Counted from the stretch's first letter, positions 1 to 10,855 are shown. The stretch: DNA of 64,000 nucleotides from Eledone cirrhosa (GCA_964016885.1 OZ024743.1:117428001-117492000); one strand, 5' to 3'. Translations and numbers: made by a program. The notes: generated by a model not told the origin, from the sequence alone.

Positions 1-66
1 TAGCTCAGTTGGGATAGCGTTAGACTGAAGATCTAAAGGTCCCCTGTTCAATCCCGAGTTTCGGCA
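1..66 (+). tRNA. trnF-GAA: tRNA-Phe(GAA), 5' truncated by window edge, unit 1
   Basis: Anticodon arm TTAGA-CTGAAGA-TCTAA; G22T, G64A variants. Confidence 0.85.
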
Positions 67-372
67 TGCAGACTTATTATTTTCTCAAATATTTCTAATG
101 ATTTTGATAGAGAACTATATATGATTTAAATAACAATTAATCGAATGGTTCCTTTGTCAGTCATCAAAAAGTCACTTTTATTTTAGTAGACACCAAATAA
201 TACCAACTATCAGCAAAACGTCATATAGTTCAGGTGTGTTTTTGAACATTTAGTTCCGATTCAATAAAAGAGGAATATTAGACGACAATATCAGGTATTC
301 AGTTTATCAATTCAAATAATGTGTTGAACATTCTAAACGAAACCGTCTATATATGAATTTATAGCAAGAGCT

Positions 373-378
373 GTCTCT

Positions 379-412
<34 letters not shown>

Positions 413-446
413 TGAAAGGTTGGTGGTTCAAGTACACCCAGGGACG
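373..446 (+). tRNA. trnN-GTT: tRNA-Asn(GTT), unit 1
   Basis: GTCTCTGTGGCGCAATCGGTTAGCGCG..CTGTTAA..CAGGGACG cloverleaf; C61A variant. Confidence 0.88.
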
Positions 447-784
447 TAATAGTCTACTTTTGCTTTAGAAACATTACTAAAAAATCTGTATATTTAGGTT
501 TACTGCTTGCATTTAGAATTATTTGTAACACTAATACATGTTTCAATATATTAGCCTGATAAAGATTAATTTTGCTTTACGTTACCTAAACCATTTCATC
601 TCTACTGGATTGTATTTCACCAAAAATCTTCATATTTCTATCTTAAACGAACACTGATCATCATCTGATGGAACATATAAAGTGTATGTTATAAAAAAAA
701 TTCAAATGTTTTAACAATCTAAAGTAGATTATATTTATGTTTGTTTAAGTTCTTTCGTAAATATACATTCAGCAAGCACCATTG

Positions 785-857
785 ATCCGGCTAGCTCAGT
801 CGGTAGAGCAGGAGACACTTAATCTCAGAGTCCAGGTTTCGTGTCCAACGTTGGGTG
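785..857 (+). pseudogene. trnK-CTT: tRNA-Lys(CTT) pseudogene, unit 1
   Basis: CCGGCTAGCTCAGTCGGTAGAGCA 5' half matches tRNA-Lys; T33A, A58T, T-stem unpaired, G53T. Confidence 0.82.
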
Positions 858-1221
858 AAAATGGTATTGTTTCCATGATATGTTTTATAAAATTGACATT
901 AATATTAATATTACGAAATAATTATATGGTACATTCATGTATCATGATCAATTGATATTCACCCTAAATATCTAATTGCAAAGCGAAATTTTCAGTGAGT
1001 TTTCAAAGCATTATTATATATTTATGAAATTATTTTGCTATAGGTATGATATGAATTTACTAATATTAATTTTAGTATATAGAACTTGCAACAGGAATAA
1101 GCAAGTTCAATTCAAATATTTATGTTTTACATAAAAATTACTCGTTTCTAAATCATAAATAATTATATTTCTCGAAGTATTTGTTTAATATAAATATATT
1201 GTGGCGATACTGATGTAATTA

Positions 1222-1229
1222 TGACGTCA
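1222..1229. promoter_or_regulatory. CRE/ATF palindrome TGACGTCA at -31..-24 of tRNA-Phe (repeated in every unit)
   Basis: Perfect 8-bp CRE consensus seen directly; function not shown. Confidence 0.4.
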
Positions 1230-1252
1230 AATAGAGAGTCACTAGCTGTACA

Positions 1253-1325
1253 GCCGAAATAGCTCAGTTGGGTTAGCGTTAGACTGAAGATCTAAAGGTC
1301 CCCTGTTCAATCCCGAGTTTCGGCA
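1253..1325 (+). tRNA. trnF-GAA: tRNA-Phe(GAA), unit 2
   Basis: GCCGAAA..TTTCGGCA cloverleaf; A21T, G22T, G64A. Confidence 0.85.
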
Positions 1326-1338
1326 TGCAGACTTATTA

Positions 1339-1342
1339 TTTT
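1339..1342 (+). terminator. Pol III T4 terminator after tRNA-Phe (each unit)
   Basis: TTATTATTTT ~14 nt downstream of the discriminator base. Confidence 0.6.
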
Positions 1343-1606
1343 CTCAAATATTTCTAATGATTTTGATAGAGAACTATATATGATTTAAATAACAATTAAT
1401 CGAATGGTTCCTTTGTCAGTCATCAAAAAGTCACTTTTATTTTAGTAGACACCAAATAATACCAACTATCAGCAAAACGTCATATAGTTCAGGTGTGTTT
1501 TTGAACATTTAGTTCCGATTCAATAAAAGAGGAATATTAGACGACAATATCAGGTATTCAGTTTATCAATTCAAATAATGTGTTGAACATTCTAAACGAA
1601 ACCGTC

Positions 1607-1613
1607 TATATAT
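1607..1613 (+). promoter_or_regulatory. TATA-like element at -25..-19 of tRNA-Asn (each unit)
   Basis: TATATAT near the TFIIIB/TBP position; AT-rich background lowers significance. Confidence 0.35.
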
Positions 1614-1631
1614 GAATGTATAGCAAGAGCT

Positions 1632-1637
1632 GTCTCT

Positions 1638-1671
<34 letters not shown>

Positions 1672-1705
1672 TGAAAGGTTGGTGGTTCAAGTCCACCCAG
1701 GGACG
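1632..1705 (+). tRNA. trnN-GTT: tRNA-Asn(GTT), unit 2
   Basis: Array consensus cloverleaf, A and B boxes intact. Confidence 0.92.
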
Positions 1706-1716
1706 TAATAGTCTAC

Positions 1717-1720
1717 TTTT
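1717..1720 (+). terminator. Pol III T4 terminator after tRNA-Asn (each unit)
   Basis: CTACTTTTGCTTT ~12 nt downstream. Confidence 0.6.
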
Positions 1721-2043
1721 GCTTTAGAAACATTACTAAAAAATCTGTATATTTAGGTTTACTGCTTGCATTTAGAATTATTTGTAACACTAATACATGT
1801 TTCAATATATTAGCCTGATAAAGATTAATTTTGCTTTACGTTACCTAAACCATTTCATCTCTACTGGATTGTATTTCACCAAAAATCTTCATATTTCTAT
1901 CTTAAACGAACACTGATCATCATCTGATGGAACATATAAAGTGTATGTTATAAAAAAAATTCAAATGTTTTAACAATCTAAAGTAGATTATATTTATGTT
2001 TGTTTAAGTTCTTTCGTAAATATACATTCAGCAAGCACCATTG

Positions 2044-2116
2044 ATCCGGCTAGCTCAGTCGGTAGAGCAGGAGACACTTAATCTCAGAGTCCAGGTTTCG
2101 TGTCCAACGTTGGGTG
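2044..2116 (+). pseudogene. trnK-CTT: tRNA-Lys(CTT) pseudogene, unit 2
   Basis: As unit 1. Confidence 0.82.
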
Positions 2117-2511
2117 AAAATGGTATTGTTTCCATGATATGTTTTATAAAATTGACATTAATATTAATATTACGAAATAATTATATGGTACATTCATGTA
2201 TCATGATCAATTGATATTCACCCTAAATATCTAATTGCAAAGCGAAATTTTCAGTGAGTTTTCAAAGCATTCTTATATATTTATGAAATTATTTTGCTAT
2301 AGGTATGATATTAATTTACTAATATTAATTTTAGTATATAGAACTTGCAACAGGAATAAGCAAGTTCAATTCAAATATTTATGTTTTACATAAAAATTAC
2401 TCGTTTCTAAATCATAAATGATTATATTTCTCGAAGTATTTGTTTAATATAAATATATTGTGGCGATACTGATGTAATTATGACGTCAAATAGAGAGTCA
2501 CTAGCTGTACA

Positions 2512-2584
2512 GCCGAAATTGCTCAGTTGGGAGAGCTTTAGACTGAAGATCTAATGGTCCCCTGTTCAATCCCGGGTTTCGGCA
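2512..2584 (+). tRNA. trnF-GAA: tRNA-Phe(GAA), unit 3
   Basis: A9T, G26T, A44T. Confidence 0.85.
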
Positions 2585-2889
2585 TGCAGACTTATTATTT
2601 TCTCAAATATTTCTAATGATTTTGATAGAGAACTATATATGATTTAAATAACAATTAATCGAATGGTTCCTTTGTCAGTCATCAAAAAGCACTTTTATTT
2701 TAGTAGACACCAAATAATACCAACTATCAGCAAAACGTCATATAGTTCAGGTGTGTTTTTGAACATTTAGTTCCGATTCAATAAAAGAGGAATATTAGAC
2801 GACAATATCAGGTATTCAGTTTATCAATTCAAATAATGTGTTGAACATTCTAAACGAAACCGTCTATATATGAACGTATAGTAAGAGCT

Positions 2890-2895
2890 GTCTCT

Positions 2896-2929
<34 letters not shown>

Positions 2930-2963
2930 TGAAAGGTTGGTGGTTCAAGTCCACCCAGGGACG
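2890..2963 (+). tRNA. trnN-GTT: tRNA-Asn(GTT), unit 3
   Basis: Array consensus. Confidence 0.92.
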
Positions 2964-3301
2964 TAGTATTCTAGTTTTGCTTTAGAAACATTACTAAAAA
3001 ATCTGTATATTTAGGTTTACAGCTTGCATTTAGAATTATTTGTAACACTAATACATGTTTCAATATATTAGCCTGATAAAGATTAATTTTGCTTTACGTT
3101 ACCTAAACCATTTCATCTCTACTGGATTGTATTTCACCAAAAATCTTCATATTTCATTCTTAAACGAACACTGATCATCATCTGATGGAACATATAAAGT
3201 GTATGTTATAAAAAAAATTCAAATGTTTTAACAATCTAAAGTAGATTATATTTATGTTTGTTTAAGTTCTTTCGTAAATATACATTCAGCAAGCACCATT
3301 G

Positions 3302-3374
3302 ATCCGGCTAGCTCAGTCGGTAGAGCAGGAGACACTTAATCTCAGAGTCCAGGTTTCGTGTCCAACGTTGGGTG
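3302..3374 (+). pseudogene. trnK-CTT: tRNA-Lys(CTT) pseudogene, unit 3
   Basis: As unit 1. Confidence 0.82.
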
Positions 3375-3769
3375 AAAATGGTATTGTTTCCATGATATGT
3401 TTTATAAAATTGACATTAATATTAATATTACGAAATAATTATATGGTACATTCATGTATCATGATCAATTGATATTCACCCTAAATATCTAATTGCAAAG
3501 CGAAATTTTCAGTGAGTTTTCAAAGCATTATTATATATTTATGAAATTATTTTGCTATAGGTATGATATGAATTTACTAATATTAATTTTAGTATATAGA
3601 ACTTGCAACAGGAATAAGCAAGTTCAATTCAAATATTTATGTTTTACATAAAAATTACTCGTTTCTAAATCATAAATGATTATATTTCTCGAAGTATTTG
3701 TTTAATATAAATATATTGTGGCGATACTGATGTAATTATGACGTCAAATAGAGAGTCACTAGCTGTACA

Positions 3770-3842
3770 GCCGAAATAGCTCAGTTGGGATAGCGTTAGA
3801 CTGAAGATCTAAAGGTCCCCTGTTCAATCCCGAGTTTCGGCA
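3770..3842 (+). tRNA. trnF-GAA: tRNA-Phe(GAA), unit 4
   Basis: G22T, G64A. Confidence 0.85.
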
Positions 3843-4148
3843 TGCAGACTTATTATTTTCTCAAATATTTCTAATGATTTTGATAGAGAACTATATATGA
3901 TTTAAATAACAATTAATCGAATGGTTCCTTTGTCAGTCATCAAAAAGTCACTTTTATTTTAGTAGACACCAAATAATACCAACTATCAGCAAAACGTCAT
4001 ATAGTTCAGGTGTGTTTTTGAACATTTAGTTCCGATTCAATAAAAGAGGAATATTAGACGACAATATCAGGTATTCAGTTTATCAATTCAAATAATGTGT
4101 TGAACATTCTAAACGAAACCGTCTATATATGAATGTATAGCAAGAGCT

Positions 4149-4154
4149 GTCTCT

Positions 4155-4188
<34 letters not shown>

Positions 4189-4222
4189 TGAAAGGTTGGT
4201 GGTTTAAGTACACCCAGGGACG
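4149..4222 (+). tRNA. trnN-GTT: tRNA-Asn(GTT), unit 4, B box damaged
   Basis: GGTTTAAGTAC (C56T, C61A). Confidence 0.75.
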
Positions 4223-4560
4223 TAATAGTCTACTTTTGCTTTAGAAACATTACTAAAAAATCTGTATATTTAGGTTTACTGCTTGCATTTAGAATTATTT
4301 GTAACACTAATACATGTTTCAATATATTAGCCTGATAAAGATTAATTTTGCTTTACGTTACCTAAACCATTTCATCTCTACTGGATTGTATTTCACCAAA
4401 AATCTTCATATTTCTATCTTAAACGAACACTGATCATCATCTGATGGAACATATAAAGTGTATGTTATAAAAAAAATTCAAATGTTTTAACAATCTAAAG
4501 TAGATTATATTTATGTTTGTTTAAGTTCTTTCGTAAATATACATTCAGCAAGCACCATTG

Positions 4561-4633
4561 ATCCGGCTAGCTCAGTCGGTAGAGCAGGAGACACTTAATC
4601 TCAGAGTCCAGGTTTCGTGTCCAACGTTGGGTG
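4561..4633 (+). pseudogene. trnK-CTT: tRNA-Lys(CTT) pseudogene, unit 4
   Basis: As unit 1. Confidence 0.82.
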
Positions 4634-5028
4634 AAAATGGTATTGTTTCCATGATATGTTTTATAAAATTGACATTAATATTAATATTACGAAATAATTA
4701 TATGGTACATTCATGTATCATGATCAATTGATATTCACCCTAAATATCTAATTGCAAAGCGAAATTTTCAGTGAGTTTTCAAAGCATTATTATATATTTA
4801 TGAAATTATTTTGCTATAGGTATGATATGAATTTACTAATATTAATTTTAGTATATAGAACTTGCAACAGGAATAAGCAAGTTCAATTCAAATATTTATG
4901 TTTTACATAAAAATTACTCGTTTCTAAATCATAAATAATTATATTTCTCGAAGTATTTGTTTAATATAAATATATTGTGGCGATACTGATGTAATTATGA
5001 CGTCAAATAGAGAGTCACTAGCTGTACA

Positions 5029-5101
5029 GCCGAAATAGCTCAGTTGGGTTAGCGTTAGACTGAAGATCTAAAGGTCCCCTGTTCAATCCCGAGTTTCGGC
5101 A
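5029..5101 (+). tRNA. trnF-GAA: tRNA-Phe(GAA), unit 5
   Basis: Same variants as unit 2. Confidence 0.85.
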
Positions 5102-5407
5102 TGCAGACTTATTATTTTCTCAAATATTTCTAATGATTTTGATAGAGAACTATATATGATTTAAATAACAATTAATCGAATGGTTCCTTTGTCAGTCATC
5201 AAAAAGTCACTTTTATTTTAGTAGACACCAAATAATACCAACTATCAGCAAAACGTCATATAGTTCAGGTGTGTTTTTGAACATTTAGTTCCGATTCAAT
5301 AAAAGAGGAATATTAGACGACAATATCAGGTATTCAGTTTATCAATTCAAATAATGTGTTGAACATTCTAAACGAAACCGTCTATATATGAATGTATAGC
5401 AAGAGCT

Positions 5408-5413
5408 GTCTCT

Positions 5414-5447
<34 letters not shown>

Positions 5448-5481
5448 TGAAAGGTTGGTGGTTCAAGTCCACCCAGGGACG
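5408..5481 (+). tRNA. trnN-GTT: tRNA-Asn(GTT), unit 5
   Basis: Array consensus. Confidence 0.92.
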
Positions 5482-5819
5482 TAATAGTCTACTTTTGCTT
5501 TAGAAACATTACTAAAAAATCTGTATATTTAGGTTTACTGCTTGCATTTAGAATTATTTGTAACACTAATACATGTTTCAATATATTAGCCTGATAAAGA
5601 TTAATTTTGCTTTACGTTACCTAAACCATTTCATCTCTACTGGATTGTATTTCACCAAAAATCTTCATATTTCTATCTTAAACGAACACTGATCATCATC
5701 TGATGGAACATATAAAGTGTATGTTATAAAAAAAATTCAAATGTTTTAACAATCTAAAGTAGATTATATTTATGTTTGTTTAAGTTCTTTCGTAAATATA
5801 CATTCAGCAAGCACCATTG

Positions 5820-5892
5820 ATCCGGCTAGCTCAGTCGGTAGAGCAGGAGACACTTAATCTCAGAGTCCAGGTTTCGTGTCCAACGTTGGGTG
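5820..5892 (+). pseudogene. trnK-CTT: tRNA-Lys(CTT) pseudogene, unit 5
   Basis: As unit 1. Confidence 0.82.
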
Positions 5893-6287
5893 AAAATGGT
5901 ATTGTTTCCATGATATGTTTTATAAAATTGACATTAATATTAATATTACGAAATAATTATATGGTACATTCATGTATCATGATCAATTGATATTCACCCT
6001 AAATATCTAATTGCAAAGCGAAATTTTCAGTGAGTTTTCAAAGCATTCTTATATATTTATGAAATTATTTTGCTATAGGTATGATATTAATTTACTAATA
6101 TTAATTTTAGTATATAGAACTTGCAACAGGAATAAGCAAGTTCAATTCAAATATTTATGTTTTACATAAAAATTACTCGTTTCTAAATCATAAATGATTA
6201 TATTTCTCGAAGTATTTGTTTAATATAAATATATTGTGGCGATACTGATGTAATTATGACGTCAAATAGAGAGTCACTAGCTGTACA

Positions 6288-6360
6288 GCCGAAATTGCTC
6301 AGTTGGGAGAGCGTTAGACTGAAGATCTAATGGTCCCCTGTTCAATCCCGGGTTTCGGCA
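6288..6360 (+). tRNA. trnF-GAA: tRNA-Phe(GAA), unit 6
   Basis: A9T, A44T. Confidence 0.85.
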
Positions 6361-6665
6361 TGCAGACTTATTATTTTCTCAAATATTTCTAATGATTTTG
6401 ATAGAGAACTATATATGATTTAAATAACAATTAATCGAATGGTTCCTTTGTCAGTCATCAAAAAGCACTTTTATTTTAGTAGACACCAAATAATACCAAC
6501 TATCAGCAAAACGTCATATAGTTCAGGTGTGTTTTTGAACATTTAGTTCCGATTCAATAAAAGAGGAATATTAGACGACAATATCAGGTATTCAGTTTAT
6601 CAATTCAAATAATGTGTTGAACATTCTAAACGAAACCGTCTATATATGAACGTATAGTAAGAGCT

Positions 6666-6671
6666 GTCTCT

Positions 6672-6705
<34 letters not shown>

Positions 6706-6739
6706 TGAAAGGTTGGTGGTTCAAGTCCACCCAGGGACG
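6666..6739 (+). tRNA. trnN-GTT: tRNA-Asn(GTT), unit 6
   Basis: Array consensus. Confidence 0.92.
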
Positions 6740-7077
6740 TAGTATTCTAGTTTTGCTTTAGAAACATTACTAAAAAATCTGTATATTTAGGTTTACAGCT
6801 TGCATTTAGAATTATTTGTAACACTAATACATGTTTCAATATATTAGCCTGATAAAGATTAATTTTGCTTTACGTTACCTAAACCATTTCATCTCTACTG
6901 GATTGTATTTCACCAAAAATCTTCATATTTCATTCTTAAACGAACACTGATCATCATCTGATGGAACATATAAAGTGTATGTTATAAAAAAAATTCAAAT
7001 GTTTTAACAATCTAAAGTAGATTATATTTATGTTTGTTTAAGTTCTTTCGTAAATATACATTCAGCAAGCACCATTG

Positions 7078-7150
7078 ATCCGGCTAGCTCAGTCGGTAGA
7101 GCAGGAGACACTTAATCTCAGAGTCCAGGTTTCGTGTCCAACGTTGGGTG
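7078..7150 (+). pseudogene. trnK-CTT: tRNA-Lys(CTT) pseudogene, unit 6
   Basis: As unit 1. Confidence 0.82.
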
Positions 7151-7545
7151 AAAATGGTATTGTTTCCATGATATGTTTTATAAAATTGACATTAATATTA
7201 ATATTACGAAATAATTATATGGTACATTCATGTATCATGATCAATTGATATTCACCCTAAATATCTAATTGCAAAGCGAAATTTTCAGTGAGTTTTCAAA
7301 GCATTATTATATATTTATGAAATTATTTTGCTATAGGTATGATATGAATTTACTAATATTAATTTTAGTATATAGAACTTGCAACAGGAATAAGCAAGTT
7401 CAATTCAAATATTTATGTTTTACATAAAAATTACTCGTTTCTAAATCATAAATAATTATATTTCTCGAAGTATTTGTTTAATATATATATATTGTGGCGA
7501 TACTGATGTAATTATGACGTCAAATAGAGAGTCACTAGCTGTACA

Positions 7546-7618
7546 GCCGAAGTAGCTCAGTTGGGATAGCGTTAGACTGAAGATCTAAAGGTCCCCTGTT
7601 CAATCCCGAGTTTCGGCA
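7546..7618 (+). tRNA. trnF-GAA: tRNA-Phe(GAA), unit 7
   Basis: A7G, G22T, G64A. Confidence 0.83.
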
Positions 7619-7924
7619 TGCAGACTTATTATTTTCTCAAATATTTCTAATGATTTTGATAGAGAACTATATATGATTTAAATAACAATTAATCGAATGG
7701 TTCCTTTGTCAGTCATCAAAAAGTCACTTTTATTTTAGTAGACACCAAATAATACCAACTATCAGCAAAACGTCATATAGTTCAGGTGTGTTTTTGAACA
7801 TTTAGTTCCGATTCAATAAAAGAGGAATATTAGACGACAATATCAGGTATTCAGTTTATCAATTCAAATAATGTGTTGAACTTTCTAAACGAAACCGTCT
7901 ATATATGAACGTATAGTAAGAGCT

Positions 7925-7930
7925 GTCTCT

Positions 7931-7964
<34 letters not shown>

Positions 7965-7998
7965 TGAAAGGTTGGTGGTTCAAGTCCACCCAGGGACG
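7925..7998 (+). tRNA. trnN-GTT: tRNA-Asn(GTT), unit 7
   Basis: Array consensus. Confidence 0.92.
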
Positions 7999-8336
7999 TA
8001 GTAGTCTAGCTTTGCTTTAGAAACATTACTAAAAAATCTGTATATTTAGGTTTACAGCTTGCATTTAGAATTATTTGTAACACTAATACATGTTTCAATA
8101 TATTAGCCTGATAAAGATTAATTTTGCTTTACGTTACCTAAACCATTTCATCTCTACTGGATTGTATTTCACCAAAAATCTTCATATTTCTATCTTAAAC
8201 GAACACTGATCATCATCTGATGGAACATATAAAGTGTATGTTATAAAAAAAATTCAAATGTTTTAACAATCTAAAGTAGATTATATTTATGTTTGTTTAA
8301 GTTCTTTCGTAAATATACATTCAGCAAGCACCATTG

Positions 8337-8409
8337 ATCCGGCTAGCTCAGTCGGTAGAGCAGGAAACACTTAATCTCAGAGTCCAGGTTTCGTGTCCAA
8401 CGTTGGGTG
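8337..8409 (+). pseudogene. trnK-CTT: tRNA-Lys(CTT) pseudogene, unit 7
   Basis: As unit 1 plus GGAAA anticodon-stem change. Confidence 0.8.
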
Positions 8410-8804
8410 AAAATGGTATTGTTTCCATGATATGTTTTATAAAATTGACATTAATATTAATATTACGAAATAATTATATGGTACATTCATGTATCATGAT
8501 CAATTGATATTCACCCTAAATATCTAATTGCAAAGCGAAATTTTCAGTGAGTTTTCAAAGCATTATTATATATTTATGAAATTATTTTGCTATAGGTATG
8601 ATATGAATTTACTAATATTAATTTTAGTATATAGAACTTGCAACAGGAATAAGCAAGTTCAATTCAAATATTTATGTTTTACATAAAAATTACTCGTTTC
8701 TAAATCATAAATAATTATATTTCTCGAAGTATTTGTTTAATATAAATATATTGTGGCGATACTGATGTAATTATGACGTCAAATAGAGAGTCACTAGCTG
8801 TACA

Positions 8805-8877
8805 GCCGAAATAGCTCAGTTGGGATAGCGTTAGACTGAAGATCTAAAGGTCCCCTGTTCAATCCCGGGTTTCGGCA
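8805..8877 (+). tRNA. trnF-GAA: tRNA-Phe(GAA), unit 8
   Basis: G22T. Confidence 0.88.
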
Positions 8878-9183
8878 TGCAGACTTATTATTTTCTCAAA
8901 TATTTCTAATGATTTTGATAGAGAACTATATATGATTTAAATAACAATTAATCGAATGGTTCCTTTGTCAGTCATCAAAAAGTCACTTTTATTTTAGTAG
9001 ACACCAAATAATACCAACTATCAGCAAAACGTCATATAGTTCAGGTGTGTTTTTGAACATTTAGTTCCGATTCAATAAAAGAGGAATATTAGACGACAAT
9101 ATCAGGTATTCAGTTTATCAATTCAAATAATGCGTTGAACATTCTAAACGAAACCGTCTATATATGAACGTATAGTAAGAGCT

Positions 9184-9189
9184 GTCTCT

Positions 9190-9223
<34 letters not shown>

Positions 9224-9257
9224 TGAAAGGTTGGTGGTTCAAGTCCACCCAGGGACG
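9184..9257 (+). tRNA. trnN-GTT: tRNA-Asn(GTT), unit 8
   Basis: Array consensus. Confidence 0.92.
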
Positions 9258-9595
9258 TAGTAGTCTAGTTTTGCTTTAGAAACATTACTAAAAAATCTGT
9301 ATATTTAGGTTTACAGCTTGCATTTAGAATTATTTGTAACACTAATACATGTTTCAATATATTAGCCTGATAAAGATTAATTTTGCTTTACGTTACCTAA
9401 ACCATTTCATCTCTACTGGATTGTATTTCACCAAAAATCTTCATATTTCTATCTTAAACGAACACTGATCATCATCTGATGGAACATATAAAGTGTATGT
9501 TATAAAAAAAATTCAAATGTTTTAACAATCTAAAGTAGATTATATTTATGTTTGTTTAAGTTCTTTCGTAAATATACATTCAGCAAGCACCATTG

Positions 9596-9668
9596 ATCCG
9601 GCTAGCTCAGTCGGTAGAGCAGGAGACACTTAATCTCAGAGTCCAGGTTTCGTGTCCAACGTTGGGTG
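9596..9668 (+). pseudogene. trnK-CTT: tRNA-Lys(CTT) pseudogene, unit 8
   Basis: Last copy with G53T. Confidence 0.82.
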
Positions 9669-10063
9669 AAAATGGTATTGTTTCCATGATATGTTTTATA
9701 AAATTGACATTAATATTAATATTACGAAATAATTATATGGTACATTCATGTATCATGATCAATTGATATTCACCCTAAATATCTAATTGCAAAGCGAAAT
9801 TTTCAGTGAGTTTTCAAAGCATTCTTATATATTTATGAAATTATTTTGCTATAGGTATGATATGAATTTACTAATATTAATTTTAGTATATAGAACTTGC
9901 AACAGGAATAAGCAAGTTCAATTCAAATATTTATGTTTTACATATAAATTACTCGTTTCTAAATCATAAATGATTATATTTCTCGAAGTATTTGTTTAAT
10001 ATAAATATATTGTGGCGATACTGATGTAATTATGACGTCAAATAGAGAGTCACTAGCTGTACA

Positions 10064-10136
10064 GCCGAAATAGCTCAGTTGGGAGAGCGTTAGACTGAAG
10101 ATCTAAAGGTCCCCTGTTCAATCACGGGTTTCGGCA
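10064..10136 (+). tRNA. trnF-GAA: tRNA-Phe(GAA), unit 9
   Basis: C61A (B box). Confidence 0.83.
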
Positions 10137-10442
10137 TGCAGACTTATTATTTTCTCAAATATTTCTATTGATTTTGATAGAGAACTATATATGATTTAAA
10201 TAACAATTAATCGAATGGTTCCTTTGTCAGTCATCAAAAAGTCACTTTTATTTTAGTAGACACCAAATAATACCAACTATCAGCAAAACGTCATATAGTT
10301 CAGGTGTGTTTTTGAACATTTAGTTCCGATTCAATAAAAGAGGAATATTAGACGACAATATCAGCTATTCAGTTTATCAATTCAAATAATGTGTTGAACA
10401 TTCTAAACGAAACCGTCTATATATGAATGTATAGTAAGAGCT

Positions 10443-10448
10443 GTCTCT

Positions 10449-10482
<34 letters not shown>

Positions 10483-10516
10483 TGAAAGGTTGGTGGTTCA
10501 AGTACACCCAGGGACG
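10443..10516 (+). tRNA. trnN-GTT: tRNA-Asn(GTT), unit 9
   Basis: C61A. Confidence 0.87.
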
Positions 10517-10855
10517 TAATAGTCTACTTTTGCTTTAGAAACATTACTAAAAAATCTGTATATTTAGGTTTACAGCTTGCATTTAGAATTATTTGTAACA
10601 CTAATACATGTTTCAATATATTAGCCTGGATAAAGATTAATTTTGCTTTACGTTACCTAAACCATTTCATCTCTACTGGATTGTATTTCACCAAAAATCT
10701 TCATATTTCTACCTTAAACGAACACTGATCATCATCTGATGGAACATATAAAGTGTATGTTATAAAAAAAATTCAAATGTTTTAACAATCTAAAGTAGAT
10801 TATATTTATGTTTGTTTAAGTTCTTTCGTAAATATACATTCAGCACGCACCATTG

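Noticed and set aside
226-335. GTTCA..TGAAC inverted repeat and repeated GTGTT(TT)GAACATT motif as a possible fourth degenerate tRNA or MITE end
   Set aside because: I could not build a cloverleaf, correct A/B box spacing, a terminal inverted repeat pair or a target-site duplication.
1-1259. 5S rRNA or snRNA gene linked within the monomer
   Set aside because: I recognised no 5S, U-snRNA or SL RNA motif in the spacers on either strand. An Rfam cmscan of one monomer would settle this.
9787-9969. Recurrent 60-aa ORF (MQSEIFSEF...) in 25 units
   Set aside because: It starts at TTG in AT-rich spacer and is broken by TAG, TAA or a frameshift in about half of the units. It has no recognisable domain and recurs only because the DNA is repeated.
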